In this document: piece by piece, positions 26,684 to 35,519 of the stretch | How positions within the stretch are numbered: position 1 is the first letter of the stretch | Layout: each line of letters starts with the position of its first letter | DNA from: Pseudomonadota bacterium | GTDB lineage: Bacteria > Myxococcota_A > UBA9042 > GCA-2863065 | Direction of reading: 5' to 3' | Assembly (NCBI GenBank): GCA_947498315.1 | Contig: CANMLD010000002.1 | Span: 8,368 to 72,367 of the forward strand | DNA: 64,000 bases | The notes under the pieces: generated by a model | The model's input: the letters and a program-made list of their open reading frames with translations, nothing else | What the model was told of the DNA's origin: nothing | Databases searched by the model: none | Program-made: the position numbers and the translations under genes

Positions 26684-28687
26684 GTGACGATGCGGCGGAT
26701 GACTCGATTTAGTGCGATCTCGACGGCCCTGATTGCCATGGCAGCGTCTGGCTGTGAATCCGAGACCACCTCCAACACGGGGACGTCGGATAGCCGCGGA
26801 TCGGACGCCGTTTCTTCCGGGGACACGAGCGGCCTAACGGACGTCGTTCAGGACGATGTCGCCAGCGCCGACGGCGTCGACGGGCTCACCGATGTCCCCA
26901 GCACCGATGGCAGTGACGGTTCGGATGGCCTTACCGACGTCCTCACGCCCGACCTCGTTCAACCTGACATCCACTCGGACACGGGTGCTGACATCAAGGA
27001 CACGGGTGCTGACATCAAGGACACGGCGACGCCGGACACGAGCTTGCCCGACGTGTTCGTTGGGCAAGATACCGACGATGCGGGGCCCGTTGACCCGAAC
27101 CCCTTCCTCCGCCTCAACCTGTCCACCGAAGCGCCCGCCGTAGCCTTCGTCGCGGTGGGCCTCGTCGATGACGACGACGTGGTTGACGTGGTCGCATCCG
27201 AGGTTGGGTTCGCTGCTGCCGGCCCCTTCCCGGGACTGTCCGCGCCTCCTATCGGTCGGGTGGTCCTTTACCGCCGCGACGCCACCGACGCGCTCGACTC
27301 GTGGTCCGCGTCCATCGTAGTCCCCGACACGGCTGGGATCTCTTACCCGAACGAGCCTCACCTCGCCGACGTCGACGAAGACGGCGACACCGACGTAATC
27401 CTTCCGGCTGGGTCCTCCGGGTGCGCATCCCTTGGCATCCCGATCCCGGGCCTCGGTGGCGGCCCATGCGGTGCGCTCACCTGGTACGAGCAGGACACGT
27501 CTGGCACGCCAACCACATGGATCCCGCACGACATCGTGCCTAAGGGAAGTGAGTACTACTTCACTAGGGTGGAGCTCGTCGATCTCGACGGCGACGGTTT
27601 CAAGGACCTCGTCACCGTCGGTGAGAAGATGGAGGCAGGCTTCGGGGGGATCGGTGGTACCGGCGCGGGCGAAGCCATCACGCAGTGGTTCAAGGGCAAC
27701 GCCGAGGTCGATCGCTTCGAGGCCACTCCGTTCATCATCGGGAGTGGGCTGGGCGCGTCTTTGCAAGCCATCGATGTCGACTTCGACGAGGACATGGACT
27801 TCGTGAGCGCCGAGTTCGCGATGGGCGCGACCGCGTCGTTCGCCTGGTTCGAGCAGCTCGAGCCGCCCTACGAAGACTTCCCTGCTGGCGTCTGGGCCCG
27901 ACACGTCATCGGTGACGACGTCGGCCCGTCTCGCCAGATGCGCGTCATCCCGGATCTCTACGCGGACGGCGCGGTTGTCGCAATCGGCACCAATAACGCC
28001 AACCCGACCGGCCTGCCGCCCTTCGTGGAAGGCGACCCATGGACGCCAGGCGTCTACGCCTACACCATGCCCGACGGTGATCCCACGGCGAAGTGGACCG
28101 GCGAGCTCGTCTCCGCTGGTATCATGCCAGGAGGAGGCGACTTCCTCTCCGCACCCAAAGCACCAGGGCTCTTCGACTTCGGTGACGTCGATGGCGACGC
28201 GGACATCGACCTCGTCGTGAGTGGCGATGGCGACCCCCGGATGTTCTGGCTCGAACAGACTGGTCCGGGGAGCTTCGTCACTCACGTCCTAGACCCCAAC
28301 GTCCCAAAGACCGGCGGCGTCCGCGTCGCGGATCTGAACGACGACGGCATGCCCGAGGCGGTCGTCGCCTGCGCCAGCACGAACACCATCTACATCTACC
28401 AGTGGGTAGGCTGGCCAGCCGGCACGGGCGACGATGGCGGTGACACCGACGGGACGGACGGCACGGTCGGGATGGAAGACATCGTTGAGGTTCAAGATGC
28501 CGGAAGCATGGAGGACGTGGACGGGGTCGACGGCACCGATGGCGCCGACGGGGCCACTGGCGTGGACGACGTCGATGGCTCGTCAAGTGCTGACGGATCG
28601 GTCGGCGCCGACGACGTCGATGGAGCCACAGGGACCGACGCTCCCGAAGACGCGGGCCCGGCTCCCGAGGAAGACGCTGGCCCCTGA
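26684..28687 (+). CDS. FG-GAP/VCBS-repeat lipoprotein with D/T-rich low-complexity N- and C-terminal tails
   Basis: Lipobox AMAASGC. Repeats DVDEDGDTDVILPAG, VDLDGDGFKDLVTVG, GDVDGDADIDLVVSGDG and ADLNDDGMPEAVVACAS are FG-GAP-like. (GLTDV)n and (DGxDGxxG)n tails. Confidence 0.55.
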   Translation: MTMRRMTRFSAISTALIAMAASGCESETTSNTGTSDSRGSDAVSSGDTSGLTDVVQDDVASADGVDGLTDVPSTDGSDGSDGLTDVLTPDLVQPDIHSDTGADIKDTGADIKDTATPDTSLPDVFVGQDTDDAGPVDPNPFLRLNLSTEAPAVAFVAVGLVDDDDVVDVVASEVGFAAAGPFPGLSAPPIGRVVLYRRDATDALDSWSASIVVPDTAGISYPNEPHLADVDEDGDTDVILPAGSSGCASLGIPIPGLGGGPCGALTWYEQDTSGTPTTWIPHDIVPKGSEYYFTRVELVDLDGDGFKDLVTVGEKMEAGFGGIGGTGAGEAITQWFKGNAEVDRFEATPFIIGSGLGASLQAIDVDFDEDMDFVSAEFAMGATASFAWFEQLEPPYEDFPAGVWARHVIGDDVGPSRQMRVIPDLYADGAVVAIGTNNANPTGLPPFVEGDPWTPGVYAYTMPDGDPTAKWTGELVSAGIMPGGGDFLSAPKAPGLFDFGDVDGDADIDLVVSGDGDPRMFWLEQTGPGSFVTHVLDPNVPKTGGVRVADLNDDGMPEAVVACASTNTIYIYQWVGWPAGTGDDGGDTDGTDGTVGMEDIVEVQDAGSMEDVDGVDGTDGADGATGVDDVDGSSSADGSVGADDVDGATGTDAPEDAGPAPEEDAGP

Positions 28688-28716
28688 GTGTTAGCCAGGC
28701 GGACCTGGGCGGCACG

Positions 28717-29964
28717 TCAGGCGGCGCGCTCCTGTTTCTGCGTATCGCCAAAGAACGCACGGATCTCGTCCCTACGAGCCAGCGCGTCCTCGAGCCCGAG
28801 CTTGATCAGCTTCTGAGCGAATGAGCCGTCGAAGAGCAGGTAGGACGCCAGGTCTGCTTCCCACGCGCCGCCATTGGTCGCCGCTCCACGCCCGAGAAGC
28901 CAATCCTCGATGCGGTCGAGACCAAAGCGATGTTTACGGTCGATGAGGTGCTGACCAGCCATCTGACCGATGTCTCGTGACGGGTTGAATACCAGGGCCT
29001 GTATCTGTCGATATCCGGCGCCGCGAGTCTCTTCGAGCACCGTCGCCAAGGCGTTCTGCCAGTCCATCCCGAGCCCTGCCTCCATGACCTCGAGGAGCTT
29101 GTTGAAGCGCTCCAAGACGTACAGATCGTAGGCCACCGGGTCCAAGATGAGGGCGTTCATCAGCTTGCCCAGCAAGAAGGCTGGGTGTGGATACTGAGCC
29201 TCTGCGTCGGACTCGCCAGCCGGAGACGCGACGCCGTAGGGACGATGCATCACCGAGACGATGACGAGCTTGTCGGAACCCGCTCGGATGGCCGGCGAGA
29301 TCGGTGTGTTGAAGCGCAGGCCACCGTCCGCGTAGTAGCCGTTGCCGATCCGGCGCGCGGGGAAGAGGAGGGGAATGGCGGCCGAGCCGAGGACGTGATC
29401 GGCCGAGATCCGTTCGTATCGAGCGACACGTCGTGGGTCGCGAGTAGCGCGAAACTCGGCGTCCGGAGCCTTCTCGATGAACATCGTCGTACGGCCTGAC
29501 GAGATGTGGAGCGCAGCGATGATCAGCGCATGAACGAGACCTGAGCTGACATTGTGGTGCAGGCGGTTCCAAGGCACGGCGTCGGCCACGAGGCGCTCGA
29601 GCGGCCGGGGATCGAGGAAGTAGTGCCCAAAGCGGGTCGGTTCACCTCGCCCCATGATTCGACGTAGTGGTCCCGAACGATCGATCCCGAGTACGCCCAG
29701 TAAGTCGATCCGCAGATGTCGATCGATTCGGAGGTTGGTCCAAAGCCGAAGGAGCTCGTCGACGCCGAGATCGCCCCGGTCCGCCTTCGACGCCAGATAG
29801 GTGCTGTTGATGGCGCCCACGGAGGTGCCTGCGAAGATCTGGAAAGGAGCCCGGTCGCGCGGACGCAGCGCGAGCGATTCCACGATTCCGGCCATGACGC
29901 CAGCTTCGTAGGCGCCGCGGGCACCACCGCCAGATAGAACGAGTCCAATTTTTTCTTGAGTCAC
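28717..29964 (-). CDS. Patatin-like phospholipase
   Basis: GLVLSGGGARGAYEAGV oxyanion motif, GTSVGA (GxSxG) nucleophile, and a DGG catalytic Asp motif (YADGGL). Confidence 0.8.
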   Translation of the reverse strand: MTQEKIGLVLSGGGARGAYEAGVMAGIVESLALRPRDRAPFQIFAGTSVGAINSTYLASKADRGDLGVDELLRLWTNLRIDRHLRIDLLGVLGIDRSGPLRRIMGRGEPTRFGHYFLDPRPLERLVADAVPWNRLHHNVSSGLVHALIIAALHISSGRTTMFIEKAPDAEFRATRDPRRVARYERISADHVLGSAAIPLLFPARRIGNGYYADGGLRFNTPISPAIRAGSDKLVIVSVMHRPYGVASPAGESDAEAQYPHPAFLLGKLMNALILDPVAYDLYVLERFNKLLEVMEAGLGMDWQNALATVLEETRGAGYRQIQALVFNPSRDIGQMAGQHLIDRKHRFGLDRIEDWLLGRGAATNGGAWEADLASYLLFDGSFAQKLIKLGLEDALARRDEIRAFFGDTQKQERAA

Positions 29965-30046
29965 GCCCCGACCATACGGTCAGTGACGCTGCACGCCAAA
30001 AAAAGGGGGTGCTAAGTCGAGAAGCCCCAGCCGAAGGACTGCGCGG

Positions 30047-30676
30047 CTACTTGATGACGCGGAGGTGGCCGATTCGGCGAACTGCTGCTCCGACCTCAGG
30101 CTCATCGCCATCCTCCTTCTGCACTGCAGTCTTGGATGGCACGCTGCGAAGACCGCCGGACCGTGGCCGAAGCGCCGTTACGACCGACGCGTCATCCGGG
30201 TCGCTCGCGTGGCTGCTCGACAGCGTAATCGACCGATGGGCCTCGAGGCCGTCGCCCGCCATCGCCTGATCGAGTGCCTGCTCTCCAGTGTCCTCGTCCT
30301 CGGCGCTCTCGCCGTCCGTTCCCGTGGGTAGCAGCTCGGCGGGAGCGTCTTCGGGCCAGAGGAGGAACTGACCGTTCACATGACCGTACATGCCGAAGAC
30401 CGCCGTCCAAGGGATCTTGCAGAGGTGGTTGCGGCCCCCGAAGCTGAGGCTTGCTGTGACCCCGCGCTCGTTGACCTGGAAGACGTCGAGTCTGAACCGG
30501 TAAGAGAAATCGAGGCGTAGATGATGCTGCTCGCGATGGCCGTCAGGGACGTCGACACCGAAGCGGCGCGCGTCGAGGTGAATCATGACCTTGCCGAGGT
30601 CGAGCATTCGCTCGAACGAATCGCGCTTTTCGTGTCCCGTGCCCATCGAGCCCTCGCTTACGACTGAAAGTGCCAT
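30047..30676 (-). CDS. sspB: SspB-like ClpXP specificity-enhancing adaptor (stringent starvation protein B homologue)
   Basis: The N-terminal ~110 aa align in pattern to E. coli SspB (V.DVP......L.L..........FGG.....PW.AV...Y). Long acidic unstructured linker. C-terminus GHLRVIK resembles the SspB ClpX-binding tail ...ALRVVK. Confidence 0.55.
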   Translation of the reverse strand: MALSVVSEGSMGTGHEKRDSFERMLDLGKVMIHLDARRFGVDVPDGHREQHHLRLDFSYRFRLDVFQVNERGVTASLSFGGRNHLCKIPWTAVFGMYGHVNGQFLLWPEDAPAELLPTGTDGESAEDEDTGEQALDQAMAGDGLEAHRSITLSSSHASDPDDASVVTALRPRSGGLRSVPSKTAVQKEDGDEPEVGAAVRRIGHLRVIK

Positions 30677-30816
30677 CGAGCTCCCTCGTTGAGTTCCGCG
30701 GCGTCTACCGCGCGGCTTTCGGCGTTGTCAAGCGCATCGTGTCGCTTTCGCGAGCGCGAGAGTGGCGACAATCCGATTCGGGCCGCGGTGCGGCCGAGTG
30801 ATGCCGAGTGCGGCGT

Positions 30817-33800
30817 TCATGGGACCGTCGAATTGTTCACCGTGAGCGCAAAGGCCACCGACGCGACTTTGGCATCGTGTTCTAGACTCACGACGTAGCT
30901 CCCCGCTGCGTTGGTGAGGTATGAGCCAGCCGCTGGCGCATCGAGTAAAAGTACACGTTCGAGCTCGCCGTTACGTCGGATGGCCACTGTCCCGCTGCCG
31001 ACGGTCGCCGTGGCAGTCAAGCTCGCGGTCTCACCCGAACTGAGCGAGAACGCAAGGGAGTCGGTGTCGTCGTCGCAGACCGTCAGGAGCGCCGGCTCGA
31101 CCATGCCCCCGGCGTCTCTCGGCCAATCGGCCGGCGCCGCCAAGCTCGATGGTTCGAGGAGGTCGTTGGGACAGCTCGCGGTCGTCAACAGAGTGGTGCT
31201 GCTCGCACTCCAGCCATCAGACGAGCCCGCGTCAAGGTCACACAATGTCCAGCTCTGCCCTCCGTCGCCACTGAAGCGGACGATGACCGCGACATCGCCA
31301 GGTGCCGACGGGGCACTGAGCGTCCCCATCCACTCATCGTTATTCGGCTCGGGTGAGGCCGAGGTCAGGCCGTCATAGAGCGTGTTTGGCTCCATGGGGA
31401 ACCACGTGACCACCTCCTGCTCCCCTGATCCGACGGGAGCGAGCCCCATCTCCGCGCGGACGCGGTCCTCAGGGTCGAGGTCGGTCCCCAACGTTTGGGT
31501 CGTCAGCAGCGCGTTGTACCAGCGTGCGTAGATGGTTGCGGTCTCACCTGGATACGCCGACACCTGTATCGGGAACTGAGTGCGACAGAACGTGATCGCC
31601 AGCGCGCAGGCGTCGTTGGCGTCGTTGGGCGTGCCAATGCCCCCCGCCCACGTCGTGCGCTGGGCGCAGAAGGCCGCTGGGAGGTCGTTGGCGGTCGATG
31701 ACGGCAGAACAGCCGGGTCGAGGCCGATGGCGCCGGGTTCGTCGCCAGCGTCTACTGTCGCCTGATCGAGCAGCAGCCCGAAGGCCGAGAGCCGAAGAGT
31801 GCCCGAGAGCGGGACCGCTAGCCCAGGCGCGACGATGGTGGGGCCCGCCATGAGGGCTTCGGAAGCAGGGTCGGTGAAGACGATCGTCGAGCCCGGCGGG
31901 ACCAGCGTCGTGCCCGTTACTAGCGCCATCGGTCCACTCGGCCCTTCGAGCGTCACGCCGTCCAGGTTCAGTGTGGCGTCAGTGAAGTTGATTACTTCCA
32001 GGTAGTTACCTCGGCCTTCCGACGCGACTTCCGTGATGAGAAGCTCTCCACTTCCCGGCCGCCGCCAAGGGGTACACGCGCCGTCGTTGCAGAAGTCGGG
32101 GCAGTCGATCCGAGCCGTCTCGGGCCCGTCGCAGTTGGCCACTCCGGCATCACTCGTGCAGTCGTCGCTCGCGTACACGACCTGCTCATCACCCTGGCAA
32201 GCCGTGCGAGGCGACGCACACGGGCTCGGCGCGCAGGGGTCGTCTGCGGCAGAGAGGCTGAGCGAATAGACCGCGTTCGACGCGGCGAGTAGCCCCCTGA
32301 CCGAAACGACCCAAACGGGAGAGACGGCCGACTCTGGGATGCTCAGCCCTTGGGTCACCGTGGTGCTATCGACGATGAACCCGACGACACCAGCGCCCTT
32401 CCCGTCGATCACCTCCACGAGGACCGGGTCGCCCTTGAGACGGGTCACCGACAGCGTGACGAGATCACCTGGCGCGACGGCGACACGGCGAAAGTCGTCG
32501 TCGCCAGCGCACAGGACTCTCTCGCTCTCGAAAGGCATCGCTACGAGCGGGCCGGTCTCGGCCGTGTCGTCAGGCTCCGCGTCGTCGTCGAGGCACAAGT
32601 TGGTGCAGGTCGCGCTACCATCGCAGGTGCCGAAGGGCGCTCCGCACTCCGCGTCACTGGTGCACCCGCGGCACTCTAGCGCCGACGGGTCGCAAATCTT
32701 CCCGACGGCCCCGCAGTCCTCTATGAACGATGGCGCAAACGCGCACTGGACCGTCCCGGAGTCGATGATGCACGCACCAGAATCCGCAGGGTAGACTCGC
32801 AGCAACCCGGCTTCGCACGCGTCAGGCGGCGTAACGCACGGGTTTGGCTCACACGGATCGGGCAGCACTGTCACCTTCCCGGCATTGCCGGATGCATAGC
32901 CGTCCTCCGAACCGTCTCGGCCGCTGCCGACGTCGCGATCGCAGTAGGTCCATGTCGTCCCAGCGTCGCCCGAGAAGCGCGCGGCGACGTCATGTCCCCC
33001 CACGGGCGCCGTGAGCGTGATGGCGTACTCGTCTTCCGTGTCGTTCGAACCCGCCACGCCCTTTTGCGGCACCCACGTGCTCCAGGTTTCAGGCGAGCTG
33101 CCGACCGGGCCATACCCGGCCTCACTTCGAAGGAGGGGATGCAGGTTCAGTTGCGAAGACGTGTCCGTGAGCCCTGGCGCGTGAACCTCGCTCGTCACTT
33201 CGAAGGACGCTCCGACTGAGAGCGTGGCAGATGTCGGCGCCGTGACGCGACATCGCTCAATTCCATAGGGGCAGGGGTCGTTCTTCTTCCCGGGTGAGCC
33301 TGCCCCACCGGGACCGTAGCCGAGGGCTGAGGCGCACCATGACGTCACCAGGTCATTGTCCTCGGCCGTTGACAGGGCAGGGGACAGCATCAGCGACCTC
33401 GCCGGAAGGTGAGCGTAGGTTGCGTCCCACGACGCGACGTCGAGCGTCGTCGCGTCGACGCTGAGGGTGATGCTGCTCGCCACTGTCAGGAGCGCCCCCA
33501 CGTACACTCGGTCGACGGCGACGCCCCCATTGGCCTTCGGGTCCACGTTGCGCCCGAAGAGCAGAGCGCCCCCTGGTGCGACGTAGAGCGGGCTCGATTG
33601 CGTGAAGGTGGTCTTGGACTCGCCGCCCACGGTGGCAGGTGCTCCAGTCAGGGTCACCGTCACGCCTTGCAGGGTAAGCGACTCTGACCCGGCGTTTCGC
33701 ACCTCGAACCACTGGCCGTCCGCTGCAGGGACGCCGTCCGGCGCAATCATGACCTCTGAGACGACGAGCTCGCCGGTCTCCGGTTGGCGATAGGGCGAGC

Positions 33801-34857
33801 ATGCTCCCGCGAGACAGAAGCCGGGTGCGCAGTCGACGGGCAAGGCGGCCGCGTACGAACAATCGTGACCCTCTCCGGCGATCGAGCACAGCCCTGTCGC
33901 GGCGAATGTAACGATGCCCTCGCCTTCGCAGGCGGCTGCGGGCGGGGACGTGCACGGGTTCGGGACGCACGGGTCGTCCTCCAGCGTCGTCAAGGAGAGC
34001 GCGTAGTCCACGATCAGTCCGAAGGCCGAAGACGCCACCGCGATGACATACCCACCGGGCGGCAGGCCCTTGGCAGCGACCTCATAGCTCCCACCCTTGG
34101 CGGTCGCCGTCGAGACGACGGACCCGTCGGCTCGAAGTAACCCGACGTCTAGCTCGCCGCCGGCCGCCGGGGACACCGTGACGAAGAGATCACCCCCGAG
34201 AGGTAAAGGGACCGCGTAGTAGTCGGAGTCCGTATCGCAGACGTGAAGACCGTTGACTGTCGCTGGGACGGCAATGGTGGCGCCCGTTTCGACGGAGTCG
34301 TTCTCTTCGAAGGGGTCGAACGTACAGATCGGCAAGCAAGCGTAAGTGGCTAGGTCGCAGCGCTCGGAATCGTCGCAATCGGTGTCGGCGAGGCAGTCGA
34401 CGCAAAGAGCAAGCTCATCTGAACAACGCCTGCCCAGGGCGCCACAGTCGGTCGTGCTCGACAGGGCGTATTGACACTCGGGAGGGCCGGTGAGCTCCCC
34501 CCCGGCCTCGGGCTCGATGCAGGTGCCGGGCGTCGTATGCAGTTTCAGAGTATCGCCATCACAGAGCGGAGGCGGCGTGATGCACGGGTTCGCAAAGCAC
34601 AGGCTGTCGGGGTCCTCGATGTCGGGGTCGATGACCTCGTCCGTCGGACCCGAATCGGGGCCGTCTCCGTCTCCGGGTGGGCCGTCGCTGCCATCGCTGC
34701 CGTCGCTGCCGTCGACTCCGCCGAAGTCGAACTGTGGAAGGTCCGAAAGGTTGATTACCGACGTGTCGCCTGACGTTGCCACGGTCGCGTCGTCGGTACA
34801 TGCCTGCGCGACCAGGAGTAGCGCGTATAGCCAAGGTCGATTCGCACGTAGGGCCAT
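30817..34857 (-). CDS. Very large secreted modular protein: four copies of a Cys-rich module (NPC..PP..C...C...DC...C..GAC), each followed by a lamin-tail-domain (LTD)-like or pre-peptidase-C-terminal (PPC)-like beta-sandwich
   Basis: Signal peptide MALRANRPWLYALLLVAQAC. LTD-like segments GELVVSEVMIAPDG...GQWFEVRNAGSESLTLQGVTV and GELLITEVASEGRGNYLEVINFTDATLNLDGVTL. PPC-like segments with the D.D.DYY/...GDL.V signature (LHVCDTDSDYYAVPLPLGGDLFVTV; LCAGDDDFRRVAVAPGDLVTLSV; LTVCDDDTDSLAFSLSSGETASLTA). Confidence 0.55.
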   Translation of the reverse strand: MALRANRPWLYALLLVAQACTDDATVATSGDTSVINLSDLPQFDFGGVDGSDGSDGSDGPPGDGDGPDSGPTDEVIDPDIEDPDSLCFANPCITPPPLCDGDTLKLHTTPGTCIEPEAGGELTGPPECQYALSSTTDCGALGRRCSDELALCVDCLADTDCDDSERCDLATYACLPICTFDPFEENDSVETGATIAVPATVNGLHVCDTDSDYYAVPLPLGGDLFVTVSPAAGGELDVGLLRADGSVVSTATAKGGSYEVAAKGLPPGGYVIAVASSAFGLIVDYALSLTTLEDDPCVPNPCTSPPAAACEGEGIVTFAATGLCSIAGEGHDCSYAAALPVDCAPGFCLAGACSPYRQPETGELVVSEVMIAPDGVPAADGQWFEVRNAGSESLTLQGVTVTLTGAPATVGGESKTTFTQSSPLYVAPGGALLFGRNVDPKANGGVAVDRVYVGALLTVASSITLSVDATTLDVASWDATYAHLPARSLMLSPALSTAEDNDLVTSWCASALGYGPGGAGSPGKKNDPCPYGIERCRVTAPTSATLSVGASFEVTSEVHAPGLTDTSSQLNLHPLLRSEAGYGPVGSSPETWSTWVPQKGVAGSNDTEDEYAITLTAPVGGHDVAARFSGDAGTTWTYCDRDVGSGRDGSEDGYASGNAGKVTVLPDPCEPNPCVTPPDACEAGLLRVYPADSGACIIDSGTVQCAFAPSFIEDCGAVGKICDPSALECRGCTSDAECGAPFGTCDGSATCTNLCLDDDAEPDDTAETGPLVAMPFESERVLCAGDDDFRRVAVAPGDLVTLSVTRLKGDPVLVEVIDGKGAGVVGFIVDSTTVTQGLSIPESAVSPVWVVSVRGLLAASNAVYSLSLSAADDPCAPSPCASPRTACQGDEQVVYASDDCTSDAGVANCDGPETARIDCPDFCNDGACTPWRRPGSGELLITEVASEGRGNYLEVINFTDATLNLDGVTLEGPSGPMALVTGTTLVPPGSTIVFTDPASEALMAGPTIVAPGLAVPLSGTLRLSAFGLLLDQATVDAGDEPGAIGLDPAVLPSSTANDLPAAFCAQRTTWAGGIGTPNDANDACALAITFCRTQFPIQVSAYPGETATIYARWYNALLTTQTLGTDLDPEDRVRAEMGLAPVGSGEQEVVTWFPMEPNTLYDGLTSASPEPNNDEWMGTLSAPSAPGDVAVIVRFSGDGGQSWTLCDLDAGSSDGWSASSTTLLTTASCPNDLLEPSSLAAPADWPRDAGGMVEPALLTVCDDDTDSLAFSLSSGETASLTATATVGSGTVAIRRNGELERVLLLDAPAAGSYLTNAAGSYVVSLEHDAKVASVAFALTVNNSTVP

Positions 34858-35000
34858 GAACAGTCACCTCCGGGGGACCTTGTACCGGCTCGCCCAGCAG
34901 TATTCCAGCGTGTCGCTCGCAAGGGGGCCGTGGTAGCCTCGACGCCTCGGCGGGGAGAGCCCGCCCACGCCCGCTCCGGTGTCTTGCATCGGGTGGAAGG

Positions 35001-35474
35001 TTGGAGGAAAGCTCGTTGAAGATCATCTCCGTTCGTTTTGAAGACTTCGAGTCCGCCTTCATCGTCGGATCGCCCGACTCCCGCTACTTCGTCAGTACCG
35101 AGACCGGCGAGGTTACGCACACGAGCCACTTTGATGATGAGACTGTCCGGAGGCGCATTCTGGACAAGGTCTCCGCGCCGAGCTGGCTCGAGGTCCCCCG
35201 CCCGACGGAAGCCGACGCTCATGCGGAGATCGACGCGTTCATCGCCGCCGAAGGAAGAGATGGGGAGATCGGGCAGGCGCTCACGGCAGGCTTGAACGAG
35301 AAGAAGCCCTTCGTCGGGTTCAACAAGGCGCTCGGCAAGTTCCCTGACGCCCGGCGGCGCTGGTCTGACGCGCGGATGGCGGCCATTCACCGCCGCCTGC
35401 TCGCCTTCACGACCGAGCACGGGCTCCACATCGACGATCCCGCGTACGCCGCCATCGTGGCGACGAGCCGCTGA
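35001..35474 (+). CDS. Hypothetical cytoplasmic protein (157 aa), family not recognised
   Basis: ORF with coding-like composition, divergent from the large secreted protein gene. No recognisable motif. Confidence 0.4.
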   Translation: MEESSLKIISVRFEDFESAFIVGSPDSRYFVSTETGEVTHTSHFDDETVRRRILDKVSAPSWLEVPRPTEADAHAEIDAFIAAEGRDGEIGQALTAGLNEKKPFVGFNKALGKFPDARRRWSDARMAAIHRRLLAFTTEHGLHIDDPAYAAIVATSR

Positions 35475-35519
35475 GCAGACGCAGCCACCGCCACGCACCG
35501 GTGTGCTACGCTTCGTCCG

